A stretch of DNA of 64,000 bases, taken from positions 34,011,363 through 34,075,362 of the forward strand of contig NC_057718.1 in NCBI RefSeq assembly GCF_004010195.1, read 5' to 3'. The notes beneath the pieces were generated by a model, which did not search any database, had not been told where the DNA came from, and worked only from the letters and a program-made list of their open reading frames with translations. The position numbers were made by a program, and so were the translations under genes. This document shows, in pieces, positions 36,236 through 49,318 of the stretch (positions are counted from its first letter, which is position 1; each line of letters opens with the position of its first letter). The DNA is from Chiloscyllium plagiosum (taxonomy: Eukaryota).

Positions 36236-39200
36236 ATGAGCGGAGTAGTAATCTCAGGATTGTTACCGGTGCCACATGTTAGTGAGGCAAGGAAAAGGAA
36301 GCGAGTGCAGCTAAACACGTGGATACAGGGCTGGTGCAGGAGGGTGGGCTTCAGACACATAGATCATTAGGTTTTCTTCTGAGGAAAGTGGGACGTGTAC
36401 ATGAAGGAAAGGTTGCACTCAAACTGGAGGGGCACCAATGTTCTGGGCGGGAGATTTTCTAGAGCACTTTGGGATGGATTATCCTAGTTTGATAGGGGGA
36501 TGGGAACCAGAGCTACAGATCAGACGAGAGGGTAGTTGTTGAATGGGCAAAAATAGAATGCAGAGAGTCTGTCAGGAAAGATACACAGTTGATAGGGCAA
36601 AGGAGTGGATTAAAGTGTGTCTGTTTCAATGCAAGGAGTGTCAGGAATAAAAGTGATGAACTTAGAGCATGGATCGGTACTTGGAACTATGATGTTGTGA
36701 CCACAATGGATTTCACAGGGGCAGGAATGATATTTTAAAAAGAACAGGGATGGGGGTAAAAGAGGAGGGGGAGTAGCATTGTTAATTAAAGAGTGCATCA
36801 CAGCTGCAGAAAAGATGGTTGTTGAGGAGGGTTTGTCTACTGAGTTAGTATGGATGGAAGTCAGTAACAGGAAAGGAGCAGTCACTTTACTGGGTGTTTT
36901 CTACAGAACACCCCCCCAGTAGCAGCACAGAGATAGAAGACCAGATTGGACAGCAAATCTTGGAAACGTGCAGATGTAACAGAGTTGTTATTATGGGTGA
37001 CTTTAACTTCCTCAATGACTTCCTTAATGCAGATGGTCTGGATGGAGCCGAGTTTGTTAGGTGTGACCAGGAGGAATTCCTGACTCTATGTAGATAGGAG
37101 AAAGTGAGGACTGCAGATGCTGGAGATCAGAGCTGAAAAATGTGTTGCTGGAAAAGCGCAGTAGGTTAGGCAGCATCCAAGGAACAGGAGAATCGACGTT
37201 TCGGGCATAAGCCCTTCTTCAGGACCCTCCCCCTCCCCCAAGTCCCTCCTCCCTACCTTTTATCTTAGCCTGCTGGACACACTTTCCTCATTCCTGAAGA
37301 AGGGCTTATGCCCGAAACGTCGATTCTCCTGTTCCTTGGATGCTGCCTGACCTGCTGCGCTTTTCCAGCAACACATTTTCAGCTCAATATGTAGATAGGC
37401 CAACTAAAGGGGAGGCCATTTGGATTTGGTACCAGGTAACGAGCCAGATCAGGTGTCAGATCTCTTGGCATTTCGGTGACAGTAACCATAACTGCCTCAC
37501 CTTTACCATAGTCATGGAGAGGGATAGGAACAGACAGTATGGGAAGGTATTTAATTGGAGGAGGGGAAATTATACTGCTATTAGGCAGGAGCTGTGGAGT
37601 ATAAATTGGGAACAATTGTTCTAGGGAAATGCACAACAGAAATGTGGAAGCTTGTTTGAGGAGCACCTGCTGGGTAACTTTGTCCCACTGAGACAGGCAA
37701 GGACTGGTAAGGTGAAGGAGCCTTGGATGACAAGACCAAGAGACCTTCTTGTCAGAAGGAAGCTTACTTAAGGTTGAGGAAACAAGGATCTGGCACAGCT
37801 TTAGAGGATTACAGGGTAGCTAGGAAAGAACTCAAAAATGGACTGAAGAAAGCTAGGAGGGGGCACGAAAAAGCAGGAAGGATTAGGGAAAATCCAAAGG
37901 CGTTCTACACATAGGTGAGGAATAAGAGAATGATCAGAGAGAGGGTAGGGCTGATTAGGAATAGTGGAGGGAATGTGTGCCTGGAGTCTGGAGAGGTAGG
38001 GGAGGCCCTAAATGAGTTTTCTACTTTAGTATTCGCAAAAGAGAGGGACCTTGTTGATAGTGAGAACACCGTGGACCAGGTTAATAGGCTTGAACAGATT
38101 GATATTAAGGAAGTGAATGTGCTGGAAATTCTGGGAAGATAGATAAGTCCCCAGGGCCAGACCAGACATATCTGAGGTTACTACGGGAAGTGAGGAATGA
38201 CATTGCTGTGCCTTTGGTGATGATCTTTGCATTCTTACTCTCCATGGGATTAGTACTGGATGATTGGAGGGAGGTGAATGTTGTTCCTTTGTTCAAGAAA
38301 GGGAATATGGAAATTCTTGGGAATTACAGACGAGTCGGTCTTACGTCTGTGGTAAACAAGGTACTGGAAAGGATTCTGAGAGATAGGATTTATGACTATT
38401 TGGAAAAACATAGTTTGATTAAAGAGAGTCAGGATGGCTTTGTGAGGGGCTGGTCATACCTCACAAGCCTTATTGAGATCTTTGAGAATGCGATGAGACA
38501 AGTTGACAAAGGTCGAGCAGTGGACGTGGTGTACATGGATTTCAGTAAGGCATTTGATAAGGTTCCCCACGTAGGCTCATTCAGAAAGTTAGGAGGTATG
38601 GGATACAGGGAAATGTGGCTGTCTGGATACAGAATTGGCCGAAAGAAGACAGCGAGTGGTAGTGGATGGAAAGTATGCTGCCTGGAGGTCGGTGACCAGT
38701 GTTGTCCCTCAGGGATCTGTTCTTGGGCCTCTACTCTTTGTAGTTTTTGTAAGTGACTTGGATGAAGAAGTGGAAGGATGAGTTGTTAAGTTTGCCAATG
38801 ACACAAAAGTCGGTGGTGTTGTAGATAGTGCGAAGGCTGTTGCAGGCTACAGCAAGACATTGACAGGATGCAGAGCTGGGCTGGAGTTCAACCTGGAAAA
38901 GTGTGAAGTGATTCATTTTGGAAGGTCAAATTTGAATGCTGAATACAGGGTAAAAGATGGGATTCTAGGCAGTGTGGAGGAACAGCAGGATCTTGGTGTC
39001 CATGTACATAGACCCCTCAAAGTTGTGACCCAAGTTGATAGGGTTGTTAAGAGGGTGTATGGTGTTTTTGCTTTCATTAACAGAGGGATTGAGTTTAAGA
39101 GCTGGGAGGTTTCTCTGCAGCTCTATAAAACCCTGGTTAGACCATGCCTAGAATATTGCGTCCAGTTCTGGTCACCCCATTATAGGAAGGATGTAGATGC

Positions 39201-39652
39201 TTTAGAGAGTTTGAAGAGGAGACTTACCAGGATGCTGCCTGGATTGGAGGACTTGTCTTGTGAAGAGAGGTTCAGTACACTACTGGAGAGAAGAAGGAAG
39301 AGAGGTGACTTGATAGAGGCGTACAAGGTAATGAGAAGCATAGATAGATAGCCAGAGACTTTTCCCCAGAGCAGAAATGGCTGCCACAAGGGATCATAAT
39401 TTTAAGGTAGAAGGTATAGGAGAGATGTCAGAGACAGGTTCTTTACACAGAGAGTGGTAAGTGCATGGAATGCACTGCCAGCATTGGTAGTAGAGTCAGA
39501 GACATTAGGGACATTTAAGCAACTGCTGGACAAGCACATGGATGGCAGTAAATTGAGGGATCTGCAGGTTAGGTTGATCTTAGATTAAGATAAATGCTCG
39601 GCACAACATTGCAGGCTGAAGGGCCTGTACTCTGCTGTACTCTTCTATGTTC
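36236..39652 (+). mobile_element. Long CR1 LINE: ORF1 esterase C-terminus, APE endonuclease, RT, 3' tail (decayed)
   Basis: VVISGLLPVPH..QLNTW..WCRR (ORF1); FNARSV.NK..EL, GGGVALLI, IMGDFNF, GDSNHN (endonuclease); VVYMDFSKAFDKVPH, RPCLEYCVQFWSP (RT and downstream); TSD TATATAAG 36228-36235 / 39653-39660. Confidence 0.9.
37099..37387. mobile_element. Penelope-like inverted-repeat insertion in the CR1 endonuclease
   Basis: Inverted arms around a C/T-rich spacer; intact hammerhead-like cores at 37195-37222 (-) and 37294-37321 (+); TSD TATGTAGATAGG 37087-37098 / 37388-37399. Confidence 0.9.
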
Positions 39653-42442
39653 TATATAAGGTAAGATCACATGGGGTTAGAGGTGATTTGTTAGATTGGA
39701 TAGAGGATTGGCTAACCAACAGAAAGCAGAGAGTCAGGATAAATGGATATTTTTCTGGTTGTCAAGAGGTAACTAGTGGGTGATACAGGGTTCAGTCCTT
39801 GGGCCCCAACTATTATTGCAGTAAAGAAATGAAAAATTTATGAATGGATATGGATATGTTAAGTGGATGGTCCAAAATGTGACAGATGAAGTTTAATGTG
39901 GATAAGTGTGAGGTTATCCAATTTGGTTGGAAGAATAGAAAGACAATTATATTCTAAATGGAGAGAAACTTCGAATGCTTTGGTGCCGAGGGATCTGGGT
40001 GTTCTCGTACATGAATTGCAGAAAATCAGTATGCAGGTACGGTATCTAATAAAGAAGGCAAATGGAATTTTTACATTTATTGTTAAAGGAATAGGGTATA
40101 AAAGCAGGGAAGTGGTGCTGTACAAATCATTCGTGAGACTGTACCTGGAGTATTGCGTACAGATTTATCCCCTTACTTGAGAAAGCATGTAGTTGCATAG
40201 GAACCATGTCAGACAAGGTTCACTAGATTGATTCCAGAGATGAGGAATTTGTCTTATGATGAGAGATTAAGAGTTTAGAAGAAAGGGAAATGCTTCCTCT
40301 TCTAGGACAATCTAGAATGAGACTGCATAGTTTGAGGATACGGGGTACCAAATTTCAAACAGAGATTATGAAAATATACTTCTCTCAAATGGTTATGAAT
40401 TTGTGGAATTCACCATCCCAAAGTGTGGTAGATGCTGGGATACTGAATAAATTTGAGGAGCAGATAGAGTAGCAGGTTATGGGGAGCAGGCAGGAAAGTG
40501 AATTGTAGCTGAGCTGAGATAAGCCACGATTAAATGGTGAGTTGGGGTTGAGGAACTGAATTTCCTACTCTCATTCATAGTTCTTATGTTCTTAGGAAAG
40601 ATAGGAAATGATCAGGAAAAAGATAACAATTTTAATTAAGAAAAGTATTACAATACGAGAAAGAGGGAATGTCCTTGAAGAATCTAAAACAGAATCTATT
40701 TGTTGGATTTATGAAACAGTAAAGGAGTTATTATGCCACTGTTGCATTTGATGAGCTTTCAAACAGTAGGGAGAAGACAGAGGAGCAAATTTGCAGCAAA
40801 TTTATTGGGAAGTACAATGATTATAGGTGAGTGATAATGGAAAACAATAGTAACTTTGGTATTAAATAGTACAATGATCATGTTAAAGACAGAAGAAAAA
40901 GAGGAATTTCTTAAGAAACCTTTCTTGATCTTTAAGTTTCCTGCTCAATGAGGAAGGAATCATTGCTGGAACTAGAGCACAAGAATGGAAAGGAGTATAG
41001 CTCAGGAACAGTGAACATAATATCAAAAGGTTTAAATTAATTATGGAGAAAGGCAAGGAGTAATTGGATTAAAATACCAAACTGAAGGAGGGATGATTTC
41101 ATAAAATTGAGGTGGAATCTAGTTCCCGGAAGTTGGAACCAAAGACTGGCAAGCAAAAATGTAATGGAGGAATGGGTGGGCCTTTAAAGAGGATATAGCA
41201 TTCATGCAGTTTGGTGCATTTTTAAAAGGAAGAAAGGGCAGACAACCAAGCTCAGTACTTTTTCCATTCTCAAAATATGGAGAGTGATATGCACACTGAA
41301 GAACTCCCACAGCTCATTAATCTTTGCAGCCTGTTAGATCTGGTTTTCTTTTGCAGTTTGTCATCGGCAGGATTTAAAGACAGAATATTTTTTAGAAAGC
41401 AATAGCTATTTCCATCTGCATTGCAAAACCCAAGAATTCCACAGATGAATTATGGCCTTCTGAGGTCTAAAGGATGGATGCAGTAATCACTCTTCACATG
41501 CTTCCAGCAACATGAACTTCCTGGATACGGTATGAATTCTTTTCCAGTTTTTATCTATTGGATTCTGTCGTTTTGTGCATGGTGACCATTTCTGGCTTTT
41601 TAAAAAACTTTGCAGTTATTTCCACAGACTCTTTGGAGCCTAAGAGATTGGAAATGCAGTTACTTTATCTTGTGGGTACACCACATGTTTCTGTTTCTTT
41701 TGCATTTGTTCCTCTTGCATTTTATGGGAAAGATTTTTTTGTTGTATAGTTTATTGGAAGATCCGCCGCAAACATTTTAACTCAGCTTGAAAAGAAACTG
41801 GCCTATTAGTTGTGGTTTACTTTTATTTCTTGGCTTTCTTGCAAAGAAAATTGTTTGACTAGCAGGGCTGAATGTAATGTTAGCCCTTCCTTTCCCCCCA
41901 TCTGAGACAAATCTGTTTAAAATTCAACAGGGATTTAGAGGGAGTTTTGTGAAGCTGAGATGTTAGTTAAGAAAATAAATTGCTGCCTGGTGCTATTAAA
42001 TAGCTGTGCAAGAAAAGTGGAATGAACAGTATATTTCCCTTCCCTACCTTCTTATGCAATCCTAAATAACCGTTAAATATTATGTTAAAAGTTTCTGACC
42101 TGTCTTCCAATGTTTCTTGTGGCCACCACCAGTGATTTGGAATTAAATTGCTCTATCCCATTCAGAGCCTTTGAGTTTAATAGAAATAAAATTCAGGAGA
42201 GACATAAATTTTGTTGCTGTACTGATGCACTATTATCCATTTCACAAAGTCAAAATCTACCTGTTTGTGCCATTATTGAACAATTCTTTGGAACAATAAA
42301 ACACCCCACTATTTGGAGAAACATTGTGCTTTAGCTCTACCCTCTACAAATCCTCTAAAAAAAGACTTTTGGTATTCACCAGTATTAAAGTGTAAAGCTA
42401 ACGATATCTTCTGACAACTAGACCTAAAGAGTTAAATAGGCG

Positions 42443-42667
42443 AACAATGGGTACTGCAGATGCTGGAGATTAGAGTCAAGGTTAGAGTGGTGCTGGAAAA
42501 ACACAGCAGGTCAGGCAGCATCCGAGGAGCAGGAAAATCGATGTTTCAGGCAAAAGCCCTTCATCAGGAATTTCTGATGAAGTGCTTTTGTCTGAATCGT
42601 CAATTTTCCTGCTCCTCAGATGCTGCCTGACCTGCTGTGCTTTTCCAGCACCACTCTAATCTTGATT
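42443..42667. mobile_element. Penelope-like head-to-head hairpin (older subfamily)
   Basis: ~95-bp imperfect arms 42476-42570 / 42571-42665 centred on CATCAGGAATTTCTGATG. Confidence 0.85.
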
Positions 42668-44739
42668 ATGAAGTTAAGTGCTGAAATCAGGCAGTCCAGC
42701 CCCTTTAGAAACTTCACCATGCATGCATCTCACTGAGTCTGCATGGAGACTGCATCACCACACTGAAACACATGGGAGGACACAAAGTTGCAATATCTGC
42801 AGTATAGAAACGCAATAACACACCAGGTCGTAACTCTTAGGGCTTGAAACTTTCAGTGAAGGTAAATTTTCTATGGTGTGACCCAAATGAATTACTATCG
42901 AAAAACCTCTTTGAGACTGAAAATTACCTTTTATACATATGGAGTCTGATTCATTGTTGACTTGTTTTAATAAGTAAACCTTTTGTTTCTGTCACTTTTA
43001 TCTCTAAATTTCACTTTCTTTCTCTCTCTTTATTTCATCTACATGATTTGGTATTGAATCATTCTTCATATCTCTATAAGAAGTCTTCAACCATGTTGGC
43101 TAAGAACATGCAGAGTTTTGTGTCCTATTCTTATGGATGTCAGCCCCTCGATGGAGAGGACTGTGCCAAAATAGATTTCTAATGTCCACAAATTCCATTG
43201 CAACAGTGCATAGAATGGCTGTGGACAAGTGTAAGTATAATGAATGATTCATGCCACTGATCTGTCACTGTCTGAATTACCATTCAAATGTGATTATTGT
43301 GCTGCTTTCCTGACCAAAATTGACACAGTGCTGAAATAGGGATGACTTTACAGTCTTTGGTTGGATAGCAGCAACTGGGCTGTGGCTGCACAGCCAATGG
43401 GCAAAGTGGACTTTCATCCAATCTCAAACAAAGGTAAAATATCAATGTTACATTCACTGAGCCAGCTGTCTCCCAAACAAGAATGAGGTTTCTGAGAGGG
43501 ATGGGCATTGGAGTTGTGACTGACTCTCCCAGACATGAGCAATTGGGATAGCGAGCTCACTCAATGAGTGAGAGCGTTATGCAGTATGTTTTCATAAGTG
43601 CAATAAACTCTGTTGTATTCTTGAAAGTACAAAATAAATTACAGGAATTTTGTGGCAGTGATTTTCCCATGGGAGCTATTATGAAGACGTTAGGCAGTGA
43701 AAAGTACTTTAGCTCTATCCACAATGTCACGCGATGGCAGCTCAGTGGCCAGATGGTGTCTCTCTGCAGACCCGACTGAGTTCAGCCATCAGGAATAAGA
43801 GGGAAGTGAGGAAGTCCCATGTTAGATAAAGAATGAGCAGTTGCATCCTGTTTATGAGTGTAATTTAAATTCAGTCAGCTGACAGTCCCAGACAATCTCA
43901 ACACACTGGAGTGTATGATTGAATAGAGACAAATAGAACCTGGTAACACATAAACTCCTGCCATTCCAGAGAATACCTGATTTCATCAGTGACATGGTGC
44001 AGTGGAGCAGAGGAAAGATAAATCATCTTGGTCCTTTCACACATAACGCTCTAGCAGTCAGATTAGACAGCATAGTTGGCTGAGACCTGAGAGCCAGGCT
44101 TCCCCTTATTCCTCCTGGCCAGGAATAGTATGTAGTGCTGTGAGGAGCATTGAAGATAGTCCAGTGTAAGCCATGAAGAAACAGATGTCAAAGCAATGGT
44201 CACAATAACTGTTTCCTGTGCCCTGACATGAATTTCTACAATTGTGTGGACGGTGGATTGCAATTTTGTGTGTAAATAAAGACTCTGTCCATTGATGATT
44301 TGAAATCTCCAAGATTAAAAGAGGAAATTAGCAATATTAAACTTGACAAATTATTCATTGTGATAAAAGGATCAAATGACAGAGCACACAAGTGAAACAT
44401 TGGAACATCAAGGGATACAATGAAATGAGCTAGAACTTTTTTTTTAATCCAAAGGTTAAAAGGGCTGCTCAGGAGCTCACTGATTCAACACTGTACAAAC
44501 ATTTCAGGGAAGATTTAGATTTGTGTCTGGAAAGATAAAAGATTAATGAGATAATCTTTGAGAAGGGCTCGTTTTGTTAGGGTCTGATGGTCTTTATCAA
44601 TCTCCAAACATTCTTGCTGAATAAAGAAATGATCAAAAGGGCGGAATCTTAAAAGATCCTTGAAGATGGTTTAGAAGCAGCATCAACAGGGTAATTGGAA
44701 ATTTCACACTAATATATTTTCACTTTTGTGTTAACAATG

Positions 44740-45445
44740 TGATGCTGGATAAGCACCCCAGGTCAGGCAGCATCCGAGGAGCAAGAGCCTTCCACATCCA
44801 TCAGAGTTTTACCTGCACTTTCACACATGTCATTTACTGTATCCGTTACTCCCGACGTGGGAGACAGGATGCATACGTGCAGAGCGCTTCAGAGAACATC
44901 TCTAGAACACCCACACCAACCAAACGCACTGTCCCGAACGCTTCAACTCCCCCTTCTACTCCATTAAGTTCATGCAGGTCCTGGACCTCTTCCATCGCCA
45001 TACCTTAACCACCCGAAGAGGAAGAATGCTCATCTTCCACATTAGGACCCTCCAATTACACAACATCAATGTGGACTTCAGCAGTTTCCTAATTTCCCCT
45101 CCCCCCCATCTTATCCCAGGTTAACCTTCCAACTCGGCACCACCCTCATGACCTCTCCCACCTGTCCATTTTCCTTCCCACCTATCCGCCGCTCCACCCT
45201 CCTCTCCGGCCTATCCCCATTACCCCCACCTCCATCTACCTAATGCACTCCCAGCTACCTTGCCCCCAGTCCGATTCCTCTCCCATTTATCTCTCAGCCC
45301 CCGACCCACAAGCCTCATTCTTGATGAAGGGCCCTTGCCTGAAATGTCAATTCTCCTGCTCCTCGGATACTGCCTGACCTGGTGTGCTTTTCCAGCACCA
45401 CACTTCGACGCTGATCTCCAGCATCTGCAGTCGTCACTTTCTCCA
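44740..45445 (+). mobile_element. Penelope-like element fragment: short inverted pLTR, GIY-YIG remnant, pLTR
   Basis: FHIHQSFTCTFTHVIYCIR motif; pLTR with TTGATGAAGGGCCCTTGCCTGAAATGTC. Confidence 0.82.
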
Positions 45446-45495
45446 TATTTTCATTTTGTCAATCATGCCAGAGACAATGGCATGATTGACAAAAT

Positions 45496-45841
45496 GGGTG
45501 GCACGGTGGCACAGTGGTTAGCACTGCTGCCTCACAGCGCCAGAGACCCGGGTTCAATTCCCGACTCAGGCGACTGACTGTGTGGAGTTTGCACATTCTC
45601 CCCGTGTCTGCGTGGGTTTCCTCCGGGTGCTCCGGTTTCCTCCCACAGTCACAAAGATGTGCGGGTCAGGTGAATTGGCCATGCTAAATTGCCCGTAGTG
45701 TTAGGTTAAAAGGGGTAAATGTAGGGGTATGGGTGGGTTGCGCTTCGGCGGGTCGGTGTGGACTTGTTGGGCCGAAGGGCCTGTTTCCACACTGTAAGTA
45801 ATCTAATCTAATCTAATCTAATCTAATCTAATCTAATCTAA
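45496..45841 (+). mobile_element. HE1-type tRNA-derived SINE (V-SINE), full length and young-looking
   Basis: A box TGGCACAGTGG 45507-45517, B box GGTTCAATTCC 45551-45561, central GTGGAGTTTGCACATTCTCCCCGTGTCTGCGTGGGTTTCCTCCGG, CR1-like tail, (TAATC)n, CpGs retained. Confidence 0.94.
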
Positions 45842-46559
45842 CAACTGGGTAAGATAACTGACTACTCACCCAGGTAGCGGGAGGGTAGCTAATAATCACT
45901 AATCATGTACATCATAGACAAAATACATGCATTCCCTTTCACTGACTGAGATTGCTTGAGTTGAAGAGGTGCATGTTTTTACCTTGGAGTATGTATTCCA
46001 ATTAAATATATCTAGCAGCAAAATTTTGGTGAGGTTGAAAAATAAAGAAGGTAATTTATTCTCACTCTCTCACCCCAAAAATAATGCATTTCACTCACTC
46101 ATTGCAACCACACTTCCTTACAGTTGGAAAGCCTAGATACAGATGAAGTTAATATAATTTTACAGCTGACAGAAATCTCAGTTTCTTCCATGACAGGCAT
46201 ACCATTTCTTAGATGCTTTTGACGCCTCAAGAATGAAGCAAAGATCTTGGGAATGAAGGATTCTCAGCAGCCTGCAAGGTTTCTTGTTGAGTTTCTGGGA
46301 GAATGGTTGTCAGGTGAACTTGGAACAGATTTGGGAATTCTTCTCTCTGTTAGGATCTCCCGCTTTCGAGGGATTGCTGCTTTTCACTATATCCACTCGA
46401 AAGACTTGCAGCTTGTTTCATGGTTTTCTTGTATCATTCTCTACCTGCAAAACAGCTTCCATCTGCCTTCCTCATCATGTGATTCCATTTTACAAACAAA
46501 GCGTTTGGTATATGTTGTTCATCGCATCTTGTATAATTGTTTCACAACTTGAGGTTCAC

Positions 46560-47790
46560 CCCAAAACAGAGATTGCTGGAGGAACTCAGCAGATTTTGTG
46601 GAGAAAAATCCACAGAGCTAAGGATTCAAGTCCAGTGACCCATCTTTAGAACTGAAAGCAGCTAGGAAAAGGTGGTATGTGTGCTGCTAATGGGGTTGTA
46701 GTGGGTATGGGAGAAGGGGCAGAAATGGAGTGCATGGATAGACAGAGACAGAACCTAGGGATAGAGAGAAAGACTAGTTAGGCAGACGAAGGTATTGCTG
46801 AGCCAAGGAAGAAAAGAAGATTGATAGTTGATGATTAGAACTTTGAGTGGGTGAAAATGGGTTGGCTTTGCTGAAAGCAACCCATGTTATGACAGGACCT
46901 GGAGTGTGGGGAGGGTAATCGACATGAAAGCTCTACTGAACTCAATATTGAGTCCTTATTTCTGGCATCTCCCAAAGTGGAATATGAGGTTTGTTCTTCC
47001 AACTTGCACTGAGTCTCGCTGGATCTCTGCATCAGGCCTGAGGCAGAAACATTGGCCAGGGAACATGGCGGAGTGTTGAAGTGGCAGACAGCTAGAACCT
47101 CGGGGTCATTTTTTGCAGACAGAGCTTAGGTATTTTCCAGAGTGCAGTTCATTTCCCCAGTGTAGTGTGAGTAGCAAATACAGCACATTACATTAAGTGA
47201 AGGACAGTTAAATCATTGCTTTATCTAGGAGGTGTGTCTGGCAACTTGGAAGTGAGAATGGGGAAGGTAAATGGGGAAATGTTGTGCATTCTGTGGTTGC
47301 ATGGGGAAGTGCCATGGGGCTGTGGGAGGATATTGGGAGTGGAAGAAGAGTTAACCAAGGTATCCCTGAGGGAATAGTCTCTATGGAATGCTGACAAGGG
47401 AAGGGAAAATGAGTCTAATGGTAACATGGAGGTGGTGAAAATAGTAGCTTATGATCCTTTGAATGTGGAGACTGGAGGGTGGTAAGAGAGGACCGGGTGA
47501 CAGGTGGTGTGGGAGGGAAAAGAAGATGTGAGGGCAGAATTCTAAGAAATGGGTTGGACACAGATAAAGGCTATATCAACTATGGTAGCAAGGAATCCTC
47601 AGTTGAAGAAGAATATGGTCATTTCTGATGCACCCCTGAGAAAGCTGGTATTATCAGAGCAGATAGAACGAAGATGGAGAAATATGAGAATGGAGTCCTT
47701 ACAGGAATCAGGGTGTGAGAGTATGTATAGTCCAGGTAACTGTGGGAGGTGGTGGGTTTGTAATGAATATCGGTGGTCACCAGTTGAACT
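46560..47790 (-). mobile_element. Decayed Penelope-like element (second family)
   Basis: Homologous to 10405-11300; minus-strand TDIHYKPTTSHSYLDY and LSAFHRDYSLRDTLVNS. Confidence 0.78.
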
Positions 47791-48092
47791 TGTATGAGGG
47801 ACACCATCATCATATAACAGAGGTTTAATATGATCGATTCACAGCTGTTTTACATACGTTGAGTTTACATGTTCCCCTTCTAGCTTAGGTGAAACAGGGA
47901 GAGAACTAAGTGGAATTGCTGTGTTCTTTTATGGTGACCATCCTTAAACAAGGGGTTGTGCAAATTCCTGGATGGCTCTGACTGTTTAGTTTTAATTAGG
48001 GATTTACTTGAGACTTAAGACTGCCTGAAGATCAAATGGCAAAGGTTACAAGATATGCAGAGGCCAATTTAAATACCTTTGTGTCCAATTTT

Positions 48093-49318
48093 AGGGGAGT
48101 TGTAGCATAATGTTAATGACTTTGGGCTGATATTCCAGGACCCCAGGCTAATATTCTGGGACATGGGCTTGAATTTCATCATGGCAAACAATTAAATTTA
48201 AATTCAATAAAAAATCTAGAATTGAAAGCTGGCCTTATGGTGATCACGTAACCACTGTAGATTGCACATGTGACTCCAGACTCTCAGTAATGTGATTGAC
48301 TCTTAACTGACCTTGGAAACGGCCCAGCAAGTCACTCTGTTGTTTCAAACAGTTACAAAGTCTAAAGAAATAAACCGGATAGACCACCCAGTTTTGACCT
48401 AGGTACTGGAAACAACAATGTCCCAACTCAGAGTGAATACTCTCCATTCATTGCAGTCATACATCACACACAAAAAAAACTGTGGTTGTTGGAAGTCAGT
48501 CATCTCAGTTCCAAGAGATCTGCAGAAGTTCCTCAGGATAGTGTCTGAGGCCCAACCATCTTCAGCTGCTTCATTTGTGACATTTCCTCCATCATGAGGT
48601 CAGAAGTGGGTTTTTTGCTGATGTGGAGCACCATTCATGTATTTAAGCATTCCATGTCAAAATGCAGCAAGACCAAATATTATCCAGGCTTTGGTTGATA
48701 AGTGCTCGGATGAGTGCACTTCATACAACATTGAAGAAGCTTGAAACCATCTAGGACAGAGCTGACTTCTTAACTGGCATCCTATCTACCATGTTCAACA
48801 GTCACTCCCTTCACCATTGATGCACAGTAGCAGTGTGTACCATCTACAAGACGAGCTGCAGTAACTTATTTATATTCCTCTGTCAGCACCTTCCAAACCC
48901 TCCAGTTGCTGCACATCATCATGACTTGGAACTATATCATTATTCCTTTAACATCCTGAACTCTCTTTCTCATAGCTGAAAATGTGTTGCTTGAAAAGCG
49001 CAGCAGGTCAGGCAGCATCCAAAGAACAGGAGAATCGACGTTTCTGGCATAAGCCCTTCTTCAGGAATGCCCGAAACATCGATTCTCCTGTTCCTTGGAT
49101 GCTGCCTGACCTGCTGCGCTTTTCCAGCAACACATTTTCAGCTCTGATCTCCAGCATCTGCAGTCCTCACTTTCTCCTCTCTTTCTTATAACACTGTGTG
49201 TGTTCCTATACCATTTGGACTACAATGGTTGGAAAAGACAATTCTCTAAGACAATTAGGGATTGTCAATGAATGCTAAACTAGCCAGCAACACTTATATC
49301 CCACAAAAGGATAAATTA
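48093..49318 (+). mobile_element. Composite element: tRNA-SINE-like head/core, LINE RT remnant, shared 3' tail
   Basis: Head/core 48093-48345 matches the SINEs at 11682-12041 and 62880-63240; EVPQDSV*GPTIFSCFI..RSEVG.FAD at ~48525-48622; tail GACAATTAGGGATTGTCAATGAATGCT. Confidence 0.65.
48975..49176. mobile_element. Penelope-like inverted-repeat insertion
   Basis: Arms 48975-49066 (minus) and 49067-49176 (plus) joined at AT microhomology; TSD CTCTCTTTCT(C/T)ATA 48961-48974 / 49177-49190. Confidence 0.88.

Larger units (their letters stand above)
35370..40592 (+). mobile_element. Older host CR1 (pieces ~35370-36235 and 39661-40592) split by a younger CR1
   Basis: DFQKAFNKVPHKRLIYK at 36186-36235 continues as VRSHGVRG..WIEDWL..RKQRV from 39661; tail TTCTTATGTTCTT. 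Confidence 0.82.

Noticed and set aside
38190..39351. Functional reverse transcriptase gene (also 778-1404 and 57253-58569)
   Set aside because: Multiple frameshifts and stops and altered catalytic motifs (FADY, FAND); dead LINE copies
45496..45570. tRNA gene
   Set aside because: A and B boxes belong to a SINE head that continues into the HE1 body and tail; no complete cloverleaf with a terminator
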